Of a DNA stretch of 64,000 nucleotides, positions 40,070 through 49,402 are shown piece after piece. How positions within the stretch are numbered: the stretch's first letter is position 1; each line of letters begins with the position of its first letter. The notes under the pieces were generated by a model. It worked only from the letters and a program-made list of their open reading frames with translations. It made no database searches and was not told the origin of the DNA. Source of the DNA: an uncultured Gammaproteobacteria bacterium (GTDB taxonomy: Bacteria > Patescibacteriota > Microgenomatia > Levybacterales > UBA12049); NCBI GenBank assembly GCA_964537895.1, contig CAZIDK010000003.1, positions 1,171-65,170 on the forward strand. Reading direction: 5' to 3'. Position numbers and translations under genes: made by a program.

Positions 40070-40627
40070 CTAGGCTTTTTCGCTGTAGGCTCCGGTTCTC
40101 GTATCAACCCTGATTCTGTGTCCCGTGTTAACAAAAAGGGGCACCTTAATTTTTAAGCCATTTTCTAAAATTGCGTCTTTAAAAACATTTGTGGCAGAAT
40201 TTCCCTTAACTCCGAGGGCCGTTTCGGAAACTTCAAATTCCATTTTCGGAAGAAGAGTAAGCGAAAGCGGTTCGTCTCCTAAAAAGCTGATTGAAAAATT
40301 GTACCCTTCTTTCAAATAATCCTTTTCATAATTAATAAGTTTAAGCGGAACGTCTATTTGTTCAAAAGTCGAAGGATTCATAAAATACGCAGATTCTTCA
40401 TCTTTATATAAATACTGAAGATCTTTCTTAAAAACATTAACGTTATTTACTTTTGCTCCGTTTATAAAGCTTTTATCAATAGTTGTACCTGTTCTTAGGT
40501 TTTTAACTTTTACTTTAATATTGGCGCTTCCCCGCCCCATTTTAATATGCTCGTAAGACAGAACTCCTAAAAGATTTCCATTTTCCTCAAAAATTGTTCC
40601 TGCTCGAAGCTCTGTTACGGAAATCAT
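40070..40627 (-). CDS. efp: elongation factor P
   Basis: HIKMGRG loop, QYLY.D, VKGNSA, VPLFV and VDTRTG.Y motifs; start at MISVT. Confidence 0.95.
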   Translation of the reverse strand: MISVTELRAGTIFEENGNLLGVLSYEHIKMGRGSANIKVKVKNLRTGTTIDKSFINGAKVNNVNVFKKDLQYLYKDEESAYFMNPSTFEQIDVPLKLINYEKDYLKEGYNFSISFLGDEPLSLTLLPKMEFEVSETALGVKGNSATNVFKDAILENGLKIKVPLFVNTGHRIRVDTRTGAYSEKA

Positions 40628-42144
40628 GATAATAAGTTTAGAACGGTTCTGACGCCGTGTCCGGTACCTCCTTTTGGTCCTAAATCGGTAGCCTTTGACG
40701 CAAAAGCAGGTCCTGCGATATCCATGTGCGCCCAAGGCTTTCCATCTACAAATTCTTGCAAGAAAAGCGCTGCCGTTATTGCACCCCCGTAGCGTGAGTT
40801 TGGAATATTGGCAATGTCTGCCACTTCACTTTTATTCATATCTTTGTATTCTTTTTCCAAAGGCAGTTCCCACATTTTTTCTCCGGCGGCAAAAGCGGCC
40901 TTTTTTATTCTTTCTGTTAAATCATGATTGTTTGAGAAAAAACCGGTAATATCGTTTCCCAAAGCTACATGGCAAGCACCTGTAAGCGTTGCGAAATCAA
41001 TGATTTTTGAAGCTCCTTCTTTAACGGCATAAGAAAGACTATCCGCCATTGTTACACGCCCTTCGGCATCGGTATCTAAGATTTCTATTGTTTTGCCGTT
41101 CATGGCACGAACTACATCCCCGGGAACGAGCGATGTACCCGATATCGAATTCGGCGTTGCGGCAATAAGACCCATAACCGGAAAATCAGGCTTAATTGCT
41201 GAAATTACCGAAAAGACTGCTAAAACAATTGCCGCCCCTGCCATATCCATTTTCATATCCTGCATACCGCTTCCCGTTTTAACATTGATTCCTCCACTGT
41301 CAAAAGTTATCCCTTTTCCTACAATTGCCAATTTTTCCTTGGCTTGCCCAGCGGAGCCTTGGCGAAGTTGGGGTTTGTATTCTAAATGAATAAATTTCGG
41401 AGGAGTAGCCGAAGCCCTGGCAATTCCCAAAAAAGCACCCATTCCGAGCTTTTGGGCTTTGGCTTTGTCATAAATTTTACAAGTAATGTTTTCATCTTTC
41501 TTGGCAAGGTTTAATGCCAATTCGGCAAGAAAAGTCGGTGTCGCAACGGAAGATTGTTCGTTAACTAAATCACGGGCTAAAATTGCTGCCTGGGCGTAAA
41601 GCTTTGCTTTTTCAATCCCCTCTTTTACGCCTTTAGCGTTTGCTTTTGAAATTATAACTGTTGATAATTTCCTCTCACCCTTTTCTTCTTTAGCCTGATA
41701 TTTATTAAACTCATAGCTTCCCAAAAGCAGCCCTTCCCCTATTAGCTGAATTATCATTGAAGCGGGAAAAGACATTTCATTTTCGGTTGGCAAAGATAAA
41801 GTTATTGAATCAACCTTCTTTTTCATTTTCATCGACAAAGAGCCCGTTGCCCTTCTTAAATCGTCTGCTGTAAACTCGTTTTTTCTACCAAGACCCAGAA
41901 CAATAATCCATGAGGCAAGAACGCCTGTTTGCGGAAAAATATTCAGTGTCTCGCCCCGTTTTGCGCCAAATTTTGAGGTTTGGGCAATTTTACTAAGGAC
42001 TCCCTTAAGTACTTTATCTAAGGTTGAAAAGTCAGCAAGAGGTTGATACTTTAGCGCTTTTCCTTTTTCGTTTTGAAAAGCAAACACTACGATTGCGTCG
42101 GCCGAAATTTTACTCAATGAATTATCCGAAAACTCAAATTCCAT
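40624..42144 (-). CDS. pepA: leucyl aminopeptidase (M17)
   Basis: VGKGITFDSGG, MKMDMAG, TDAEGR and WAHMDIAG motifs; start at MEFEF. Confidence 0.95.
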   Translation of the reverse strand: MEFEFSDNSLSKISADAIVVFAFQNEKGKALKYQPLADFSTLDKVLKGVLSKIAQTSKFGAKRGETLNIFPQTGVLASWIIVLGLGRKNEFTADDLRRATGSLSMKMKKKVDSITLSLPTENEMSFPASMIIQLIGEGLLLGSYEFNKYQAKEEKGERKLSTVIISKANAKGVKEGIEKAKLYAQAAILARDLVNEQSSVATPTFLAELALNLAKKDENITCKIYDKAKAQKLGMGAFLGIARASATPPKFIHLEYKPQLRQGSAGQAKEKLAIVGKGITFDSGGINVKTGSGMQDMKMDMAGAAIVLAVFSVISAIKPDFPVMGLIAATPNSISGTSLVPGDVVRAMNGKTIEILDTDAEGRVTMADSLSYAVKEGASKIIDFATLTGACHVALGNDITGFFSNNHDLTERIKKAAFAAGEKMWELPLEKEYKDMNKSEVADIANIPNSRYGGAITAALFLQEFVDGKPWAHMDIAGPAFASKATDLGPKGGTGHGVRTVLNLLS

Positions 42145-42206
42145 AGTGCATATTGTAACATTTGCACTTCGAAAAATAAAGCCTTTCTGGTATAATATGT
42201 GCGTTA

Positions 42207-42289
42207 GGGCAAGTGGCGGAATGGTATACGCGGTAGTCTCAAAAACTACTGGTCGCAAGGCCGTGAGGGTTCGACTCCCTCTTTGCCCA
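42207..42289 (+). tRNA. tRNA-Leu(CAA)
   Basis: Acceptor GGGCAAG/TTTGCCC, anticodon arm GTAGT-CTCAAAA-ACTAC, long variable arm, GGTTCGACTCC; CCA not encoded. Confidence 0.95.
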
Positions 42290-42304
42290 CTAGGGTTCGC
42301 CGGG

Positions 42305-43237
42305 TCAAGATATCTTTGAAGTGTTAGGCTGAACTAATTTATCTTCCGATCGGCTACGTAAAGCGCTTGGATCAATTCTTTTTATCAACTTTGTTAAAAC
42401 GTCTCCGGCTCCAACCTCTATATATTCTCCTACACCGTCCTTTTGCATAAGTCTTACTGAATCTAGCCATAGAACCCTTCCTGTTAATTGATCTACTAAG
42501 CCTCGTCTAATTTGCTCTCCTGTAGACGCATAATTTCCGGTTATATTTTGAATAAAAGGTACTTTTGGATCGGCAATAGGTTCTTGTTGAAGCAACAATT
42601 CCATATTTTGTCTCGCGGGCTCCATCAAAGAACAATGCGATGCGATACTTACTCGTAAGCGTTTTACTTTTCTGTCTCCAAGTCTATCTACAACGTATGT
42701 AACCGAATCATTGCTTCCGGATATAACTATCTGCGTGTAGCTATTTATATTTGCGATTTCCGCTCCCGATTCTTCACATATTTTCTCAACCTCAGAAAGT
42801 TCTAGTCCTAAAACTGCTGCCATTCCTCCTGGATTTATTCGTCCGGCGGATTCCATAAACTTACCCCTCGCGTTTACCAAACTTACTGCCTGCGCGAAGC
42901 TTAAAGCTTCTGCAGCAACAAGCGCAGAGAATTCTCCTAAGCTATGTCCAGCAACTACATCTGGTTTTAAATCGTAATAACCAAGTGCTCTCAAGGCAGC
43001 AATACTTGTTACTAGGATTGCCGGTTGGGTAATTTCTGGCCTGTCTAATTCTTCATCTGGACCATTCAAGCACAATGAGCTTAGATTTGTTTGTAAAATA
43101 TCATCGGCTTCTTCATAAAGTCTGCAGGTCAAAGTAGATATATCCGGGTTTCTAAATAAAAACTCTGACATTCCTGTGCGTTGTGTCCCTTGTCCTGGAA
43201 AAACAAATGCTTTGCGATATTCTTTTTCTGCGTACAT
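42305..43237 (-). CDS. fabD: malonyl-CoA:ACP transacylase
   Basis: FPGQG, QPAI, GHSLGE, ANINS..Q.VISG, SH and E.G.G.VL motifs. Confidence 0.92.
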   Translation of the reverse strand: MYAEKEYRKAFVFPGQGTQRTGMSEFLFRNPDISTLTCRLYEEADDILQTNLSSLCLNGPDEELDRPEITQPAILVTSIAALRALGYYDLKPDVVAGHSLGEFSALVAAEALSFAQAVSLVNARGKFMESAGRINPGGMAAVLGLELSEVEKICEESGAEIANINSYTQIVISGSNDSVTYVVDRLGDRKVKRLRVSIASHCSLMEPARQNMELLLQQEPIADPKVPFIQNITGNYASTGEQIRRGLVDQLTGRVLWLDSVRLMQKDGVGEYIEVGAGDVLTKLIKRIDPSALRSRSEDKLVQPNTSKIS

Positions 43238-43345
43238 GAGGGGATTATAGCAAAAACATTTTTATTAAACTCCTTTTTCCCAAAATTAAACCAACCCCGA
43301 ACAATGTCGAAGGGTTGGTTAAATTTAAATCTTCAAAGTTGACTA

Positions 43346-43594
43346 TTAAGCCACACCTTGAGTACCACCCTGATTATCTCCTCCTGCGGGAGGGGTTGCT
43401 GGCGGGACAGGTTCCTGGCTTGGAACTACGGTTGGCTCCTGCATTGGAGGCACAACCGGCGTAACCGGAGCTTGCGGCTCGGGCGCAGCAGGAACTACCG
43501 GTTCAGCTGGCGGAGTATAAACTCCGGGCTGTACAGGTTCCGGTACTGGATTTGACTGTGGTACTCCTGGTACTTGGTTTTGCGTATCATCCAT
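43346..43594 (-). CDS. small Pro/Val-rich disordered protein
   Basis: Strong SD (GGGGGTG) before the ATG; biased composition. Confidence 0.65.
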   Translation of the reverse strand: MDDTQNQVPGVPQSNPVPEPVQPGVYTPPAEPVVPAAPEPQAPVTPVVPPMQEPTVVPSQEPVPPATPPAGGDNQGGTQGVA

Positions 43595-43749
43595 TAATTA
43601 TTCACCCCCCTTCGCCACGTCTGACGTGGCTTCGCCCCGCAAAGTTCTGCATTACAGAACGACGTGGGGTTCCCTTTATATAATATTCGTGAATTGAAAA
43701 TCATAGCTTTATTGCACAAACCATTGCTTCGGGAGAACAAGTCCCCCCT

Positions 43750-43856
43750 GTCCGACTTAAAACGCTCCGTGAGCCGTATTCGAATAAAATTGACCTGCCC
43801 GCATTGCTATGCAAAGCATTGCAGGCGGGAAAGGCGAACGGTAAGTTTAGTCGGAT
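43750..43856. repeat. structured hairpin motif, copy 3 of 3, carrying an inserted palindromic element
   Basis: As copy 1; overlaps the dnaB stop codon. Confidence 0.75.
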
Positions 43857-45169
43857 TCCCGTTTTTTGTCTACGTTATAAAATCTTATCCTATCTCCTCT
43901 AAAAAGTAAATCTATTTCCCCAAGCGGACCGTTTCTGTGTTTGGCGATTAACAGTTTTGTTTGCATAATGTTGGACAATTCAGCGTCGGGACGGTATAAA
44001 AACATAACGACATCGGCATCCTGCTCTATGGCACCCGACTCTCTTAAGTCCGCAAGCTGAGGTTTTTTCTCTCCCCTATGCTCCACAGCGCGGGACAGCT
44101 GAGAAACCGCAAGCACGGGGATTTTTAATTCTCTTGCCAAATTCTTAAGCCCTTGGGAAACAATGGAAACTTCCTGAACTCTGTTGTCATAGCGTCTTCC
44201 GGGATCGGCAAGCTGTAAGTAATCAACAATCAGAAGCTCTATTTTCTGCTCCAGCTGAAGCCTTCTTGCTTTTGTACGCATCTCAGAAATAGTTATTCCT
44301 GGAGTATCGTCTATAAAAAGCGGCGCATCTGCCAATTCTCCCATCGCTGTAGATAGCTTGGCAAAATCACTCTCTGCCAGTCTTCCTGTTTTTAGTTTCC
44401 AAGCGTCAACATCGGCTTGCCCTATTAAAAACCTGTCTACCAGTTCTTCCTGGCTCATTTCCAAGGAAAATATTCCAACGGGTTTTTTTTGATTAACCGC
44501 TACGTTTTGAGAAATATTTACAACCATCGCGGTTTTTCCCTGTCCGGGACGCGCCGCTAAAATTAAAAGGTTGGAAGCCTGCATTCCGGATAAAACATTA
44601 TCAAGATCGACAAAGCCTGTTTGTACCCCTCTAAAACCCGACCCCTTTTTATGAAGCTCGTCAATTCTATCAAAGCTTTCGGCCAGACCCTCTTTTATGG
44701 GTACGAAGCCTTTTATATTATGGCCTTGGGAAACGGCAAAAATCGAAGACTCCGCTTTGTCAAGAAGCTCAACAGACTCCTTTTCCTCCTGATATCCCAT
44801 TTCCGCAATTTGTGTTCCGATATGAATAAGCGCTCTTTTTGTCGAAGCTTCCTTAATCATTTCCGCATAATGCTCGACGTTTGCGGCCGTTGGAACCTCG
44901 TCAATCAAATCGGTAAGATAAGACGGTTCAATTTTATCGCTTAATTTATTTTTCTTAAGTCTGGTTGTTAAAGTTAATAAATCTATCGGTTTTCTTTCGT
45001 CGTACAAAGAAAGCATTGCTTTATAAATAATTCCGTTAATGTCGTTGTAGAAATCTTTTGGGGAAATAGTTTCCGAAACCAGGTTAATTGCATCCTTATC
45101 GATGAGGATTGCGCCTAAAACTGACCTTTCGGCTTTTTCGTTATTTGGGGGAACTTTTACGTTAACCAT
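43847..45169 (-). CDS. dnaB: replicative DNA helicase
   Basis: AE.SVLG, AARPGQGKT, FSLEM, DYLQL and DLRESGAIEQDAD motifs. Confidence 0.97.
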   Translation of the reverse strand: MVNVKVPPNNEKAERSVLGAILIDKDAINLVSETISPKDFYNDINGIIYKAMLSLYDERKPIDLLTLTTRLKKNKLSDKIEPSYLTDLIDEVPTAANVEHYAEMIKEASTKRALIHIGTQIAEMGYQEEKESVELLDKAESSIFAVSQGHNIKGFVPIKEGLAESFDRIDELHKKGSGFRGVQTGFVDLDNVLSGMQASNLLILAARPGQGKTAMVVNISQNVAVNQKKPVGIFSLEMSQEELVDRFLIGQADVDAWKLKTGRLAESDFAKLSTAMGELADAPLFIDDTPGITISEMRTKARRLQLEQKIELLIVDYLQLADPGRRYDNRVQEVSIVSQGLKNLARELKIPVLAVSQLSRAVEHRGEKKPQLADLRESGAIEQDADVVMFLYRPDAELSNIMQTKLLIAKHRNGPLGEIDLLFRGDRIRFYNVDKKRESD

Positions 45170-45184
45170 AACACTCCTTTTACT

Positions 45185-45278
45185 CGTAAATCCGAAATTC
45201 GAATATCGAAATCCGAAACTTTTTGAATTTTTGTCATTTGAATTTGTTTCGAAATTGGTGCTTCGTGCTTCGAGCTTA
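45185..45278. repeat. degenerate heptamer array (CGAAATT../TTGAATT../CGTGCTT)
   Basis: About 13 imperfect 7-mers upstream of dnaB. Confidence 0.72.
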
Positions 45279-45283
45279 TTGTT

Positions 45284-45805
45284 TTACTTAAGTAAAACAA
45301 CTTGCATTTCTTCCGGTAACTTACCTTCAAAAGCGCTAAATTTTTGTAAAACCTGAGCGTCTTCTTTACCCAAAGCTTTAGCCGCGTCGTTTGCTTTTTC
45401 CCCGTAAAGGATGACAACCCTTGGCTCCAGAGCTGTAACGACTGTCTGATTTATTTCCGAATCAACGTTAAAAATCACTATCTGATATTCCTTAAGTTTT
45501 TCGGAAACCTTTGTAATCGAACTTGTTTTTGCCAAAAGAACATCAATATTATCAACTGTTAAGCCGTAAACCGTTGAGCCTTCCATATCTATGGCGGACA
45601 CCTTAATCCCTCCGACTTCATACTCGCCCGCTGATTTAATAATAACTCTATAATCCGTAACTTTTGACAAATCAACACTACCCTTGGAAAGAATAAGAAC
45701 TGCGTCAGTTGGAGTTTTTGACAATTTTTCAAAAGGATCCACAACCAAATTCGTATGCTTACTTTTAATTCTTAAAGAGGTTTTATCAAGCAGTGCTACT
45801 TCCAT
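45284..45805 (-). CDS. MBL-fold-like protein lacking metal ligands
   Basis: VVDPF, GEYEV.GI and LEP..VI motifs of the CPR MBL-like family; no HxHxDH. Confidence 0.65.
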   Translation of the reverse strand: MEVALLDKTSLRIKSKHTNLVVDPFEKLSKTPTDAVLILSKGSVDLSKVTDYRVIIKSAGEYEVGGIKVSAIDMEGSTVYGLTVDNIDVLLAKTSSITKVSEKLKEYQIVIFNVDSEINQTVVTALEPRVVILYGEKANDAAKALGKEDAQVLQKFSAFEGKLPEEMQVVLLK

Positions 45806-45868
45806 TGCGTCATAGTATCACATCTTTTTTACCTTGACAAGATAATTATTTTTTCGTATCATGCCTCA

Positions 45869-46294
45869 ATGAAACAAGAAAGAGTGATACTCTCTTTTAT
45901 TATGGTTGTAATCGGTCTTCTGGTAGCCGGTGTCGCATTCTATGTTTACCAGGGAACAAAAACAATCCCCGGTTCAAAAACAACAGTTTCGGTTGCAACT
46001 CCAACACCTACTCCAATAGGCGCTTCCGTTTATCTAAGCCTTAACAGTCCTGTAAACGAAAGCGTTGTGGACAATAAAACCGTTACTGTTTCCGGAAAAA
46101 CAACACCCGACGCAACAATTGTGATTATTACAAATTCCGACCAGAAAGTGGTACAGCCCTCCGGACAGGGTGATTTCTCAACCACTGTAATAATTACAAG
46201 TGGAACAAATTTGATTCGGGTAACCGCTTTTGGCTCTGACGGTCAATCTGAAACCATGCAAAGAACAATTACCTACTCTACCGAAGATTTTTAA
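45869..46294 (+). CDS. membrane-anchored Ig-like hypothetical protein
   Basis: N-terminal TM helix, TP linker, V.G.T...A...G.F...G.N.I pattern. Confidence 0.75.
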   Translation: MKQERVILSFIMVVIGLLVAGVAFYVYQGTKTIPGSKTTVSVATPTPTPIGASVYLSLNSPVNESVVDNKTVTVSGKTTPDATIVIITNSDQKVVQPSGQGDFSTTVIITSGTNLIRVTAFGSDGQSETMQRTITYSTEDF

Positions 46295-46297
46295 ATT

Positions 46298-47074
46298 ATG
46301 AAAAAAAGTTTTTTTACTATTGCTTTGTTTTTAATTTTAACAGCCGGCGTTTTAAAAAATGTTTATGCCGCAACGCCTACTCCCGTAACAACTCCGAGCC
46401 AAGGAGACATTCGGCAAATTGATGATTTGAAAAACCGTATTGCCTCAAGGGTTGCCCAGCTTAAACTCGTTGAAAAAAAGGGGATAATCGGAACGGTAAC
46501 GGACGCTGCTAACCTGCAGATTACCTTAACCGACGTTGGCGGAGACACAAGGTTTGTCGACGTGGATGAATTTACAAAATTTTCAAATCCTAATGCTACG
46601 GGCACATCTTTTGGCATATCGGACATAAACAAAGGCATGAAGCTGGGTGTTTTGGGACTCTATAATAAACAATCCCGAAGAATTTTGGCAAGACAAGTCG
46701 ATGTTCTAACTTTGCCTAAAATCTTAACAGGTGCAGTTTCTTCCATAGACGGCAAAAAATTTAGCTTTTACATCGTGTCCGAAGATAACAAGCAAACCCT
46801 TGTTGACGTTGAAACGGTAACAAAAACCTACTCTTACACTGCGGGAGAAACGCTCGTAAGCGCAGGATTTTCAAAAATAAAAGTTGACGAAAGTGTTATC
46901 GTAATCGGTTTTCCCGATAAACAAAACCCCGAGAATATAATCGCCTCACGAATTCTTTTGTTCCCAGATGTTCCGAAAAGTCCTAAAATAATTTATGTTC
47001 CCGCATTAAACCAGGGAACATCCATTGTTCCTTCGACCGGCTCGGGCAGAAAACTTACTCCGATAATAAGATAA
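46298..47074 (+). CDS. exported protein with tandem OB-like (DUF5666-like) domains
   Basis: Signal peptide; two G.V......T...I..G repeats. Confidence 0.7.
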   Translation: MKKSFFTIALFLILTAGVLKNVYAATPTPVTTPSQGDIRQIDDLKNRIASRVAQLKLVEKKGIIGTVTDAANLQITLTDVGGDTRFVDVDEFTKFSNPNATGTSFGISDINKGMKLGVLGLYNKQSRRILARQVDVLTLPKILTGAVSSIDGKKFSFYIVSEDNKQTLVDVETVTKTYSYTAGETLVSAGFSKIKVDESVIVIGFPDKQNPENIIASRILLFPDVPKSPKIIYVPALNQGTSIVPSTGSGRKLTPIIR

Positions 47075-47079
47075 GCTAC

Positions 47080-48198
47080 ATGGCAAACGACCGATTAGAA
47101 AAATTAAAAAAAGAGATCCAAAAAATGGGCCTTGATGGTATTTTGGTTTCTGATCCGGCAAATATTTTCTATCTTTCAGGCATCACATTTTTTGAGCCGA
47201 CAGAACGTGAAGGATTTCTACTTATCACTACTAACAAAAATTATGTTATTACCAGCAGTCTTTACACTGAGGCAGTGCAAAAATATCTTAGGGGGTTTAC
47301 TCTTTTAGAGACAACGATCAAAAAATCGCTTGAAAAAAATCTAAGGGGGATTTTTAAAATAACCCCATTGAAAAAGATTGGGTTTGAGGAAGCAAGTTTG
47401 ACAGTTTCTGAATACAATATTTTTAAAAAAACCTTTAAACTTTCTCCTGCGGGTGGTCTCGTAGAAAAACTAAGAGCTATAAAAAACCAAGGTGAAATCG
47501 AAAAAATTAAAAAAGCCTGTCGGGTAACAGACGAAGCGTTCGATTATATTCTTTCGGAAATAAAAGAGGGGGGAACCGAAAGGGAGATTTCTGATAAGCT
47601 TGAGAGATTTTTTAGAAATAAGGACATGTCGTCCTCTTTTAGTCCCGTTATAGCCTTCGGACCCAACTCTTCCCGCCCACATCATATAAGTGGGAACACT
47701 AAGCTTAGTAGGAATCAAATAATCCTTATGGATTTCGGCGTAAGGAACGGGGGGTACTGCTCAGATTTTACAAGAACAGTTTTTTTCGGCTCCCCCACAG
47801 CGAAATTCAAAAAAATTTACCAAACTGTTCTTGATGCTCAAAACAAAGCAATTGAATTTATCAATAGTCAATTGTCAACCCCGATTCAATCGGGGTCAAT
47901 GGTAAATAATCAATTATTTGCGCATGAAGTCGATAAAATAGCAAGAAACCATATTATTGAGAGAGGCTTTCCATCCATCCCTTACAGCCTGGGACACGGA
48001 ATTGGAATAGATGTTCACGAATCTCCAAGCCTATCTCCAAAATCAAAAAGCGGATTAAAAAACGGTATGGTATTTTCAATAGAACCCGGAATTTATCTAA
48101 ACGGTTGGGGCGGAGTTAGAATTGAGGATCTTTTCCTACTGGAAGAAAACTCTTTGAAAAAAATTACCTATTCCGCTTCCGAGATTATTAGTCTATAA
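47080..48198 (+). CDS. Xaa-Pro aminopeptidase (M24B)
   Basis: NIFYLSG, GYCSDFTRT, GHGIG.DVHE and EPGIY...GGVRIED motifs. Confidence 0.92.
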   Translation: MANDRLEKLKKEIQKMGLDGILVSDPANIFYLSGITFFEPTEREGFLLITTNKNYVITSSLYTEAVQKYLRGFTLLETTIKKSLEKNLRGIFKITPLKKIGFEEASLTVSEYNIFKKTFKLSPAGGLVEKLRAIKNQGEIEKIKKACRVTDEAFDYILSEIKEGGTEREISDKLERFFRNKDMSSSFSPVIAFGPNSSRPHHISGNTKLSRNQIILMDFGVRNGGYCSDFTRTVFFGSPTAKFKKIYQTVLDAQNKAIEFINSQLSTPIQSGSMVNNQLFAHEVDKIARNHIIERGFPSIPYSLGHGIGIDVHESPSLSPKSKSGLKNGMVFSIEPGIYLNGWGGVRIEDLFLLEENSLKKITYSASEIISL

Positions 48199-48205
48199 TA
48201 AAGTT

Positions 48206-49228
48206 ATGCTGGACGACTTAAAAAAAGAGCTTACCTCTTTTAGGCTGCTGGCAATTCTTTTAACCATTGCCGTTTCTCTTTATCTTTTTCAGATTGCCTG
48301 GCAGGTATTGGGCAATTTTTCCGATGTAATCGTAATTATTGTCTGCGCTTGGCTTTTAAGTTTTATTCTGGAACCCGCGGCTTTTAAAATTTCAAAAATT
48401 GCAAAACTTTCAATGGTTTGGTCGGCTTTGATAGTTTACGTTATTATTGCCGCTATATTTACGGTTGCAACTATTATATTTATACCTACTGTTATCGCAC
48501 AGCTTCAGACTTTATCTGCAGTCGCTCCAGTATATCTGTCGTATGCTCCAAAAGCTGTTCAAAGCTGGAATTATAACTTTGCATCTGCTTTTGATAACTT
48601 TATAAATTATATTCCCTCCGTTGCTCAATCTCTTGTTTCGATATTAATGATCTTAATTCTTTCTTTTTATTTTATTGTTGATAAAGCAAGAATTAACGCT
48701 GAAATTTACAACCTGGCTCCGAAAAAATGGCACGAAAATTTAAAGTTTATACAAAAAGTAATCGATGATACTTTTGCATCGTTTTTAAGAGTCCAGGTGC
48801 TATTTGGACTTTTGGCAGGTATATCAACATGGATAGTATTAACTGTTTTCGGAGTTAATTTTGCCGCCTCAACATCCTTAATTGCCGGATTATTAAATAT
48901 AGTTCCTCTTATAGGACCGCTTTTAGGCATAATTCCGGCCGTATTAGTAGTTTTGGTTTCCGATCCAACCAACCCGACAAAGGCTCTTCTTGTTTTTGTA
49001 ATCTTACTTCTTATCCAGCAAATCACCTTTAATGTTATCGGACCAAAGCTTATGGGAAAAGCCTTTAAACTTCATCCTATTATTATTCTTCTTTCGTTTG
49101 TTGTTGGAGCAAAAATTGCCGGACCTTTGGGCGCCGTATTTGCAATTCCTGTTCTTGGAATTATAGGAATAATCTTCAGAGAGCTTGGCCACTACTTCAT
49201 TAATCCCACAAAGCCTTCGGAAAAATAA
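48206..49228 (+). CDS. AI-2E family transporter
   Basis: Multiple TM helices; P.IGP, QQ....VI.P.LMG....LHP motifs. Confidence 0.9.
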   Translation: MLDDLKKELTSFRLLAILLTIAVSLYLFQIAWQVLGNFSDVIVIIVCAWLLSFILEPAAFKISKIAKLSMVWSALIVYVIIAAIFTVATIIFIPTVIAQLQTLSAVAPVYLSYAPKAVQSWNYNFASAFDNFINYIPSVAQSLVSILMILILSFYFIVDKARINAEIYNLAPKKWHENLKFIQKVIDDTFASFLRVQVLFGLLAGISTWIVLTVFGVNFAASTSLIAGLLNIVPLIGPLLGIIPAVLVVLVSDPTNPTKALLVFVILLLIQQITFNVIGPKLMGKAFKLHPIIILLSFVVGAKIAGPLGAVFAIPVLGIIGIIFRELGHYFINPTKPSEK

Positions 49229-49230
49229 AT

Positions 49231-49258
49231 TTGACAAAAATAATCAGTATGATACAAT
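49231..49258 (+). promoter_or_regulatory. promoter of the attenuated operon
   Basis: TTGACA-16 nt-TACAAT with an extended -10 TG. Confidence 0.7.
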
Positions 49259-49265
49259 CTGTTAT

Positions 49266-49331
49266 ATGAAAAGTAATTTAGTATTAAATCATCATATCCG
49301 TCTTAAAGGCGGATGTGATTTTTGTGTTTAA
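49266..49331 (+). CDS. 21-aa leader peptide MKSNLVLNHHIRLKGGCDFCV
   Basis: ATG 7 nt after the -10 box; overlaps mutually exclusive hairpins. Confidence 0.65.
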   Translation: MKSNLVLNHHIRLKGGCDFCV

Positions 49332-49354
49332 AAACTAAATTTATCTAAAATCGC

Positions 49355-49379
49355 AACCGCCGAAGAGGCGGTTTTTTTA
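49355..49379 (+). terminator. intrinsic terminator of the attenuator
   Basis: AACCGCC-GAAGA-GGCGGTT followed by a T-run; its 5' arm can pair instead with GGCGGATGTGATTTT. Confidence 0.8.
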
Positions 49380-49402
49380 TTGGAAAAGGAGGTAACGAAG
49401 AT

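Noticed and set aside
42145-42258. N-terminal extension of pepA in the ORF track (similarly efp, RAYT, xer, hppA)
   Set aside because: For pepA it overlaps the tRNA; in each case family-like sequence starts at the downstream Met
45157-45417. 86-aa ORF
   Set aside because: Alternative-frame overlap plus translation of a heptamer array
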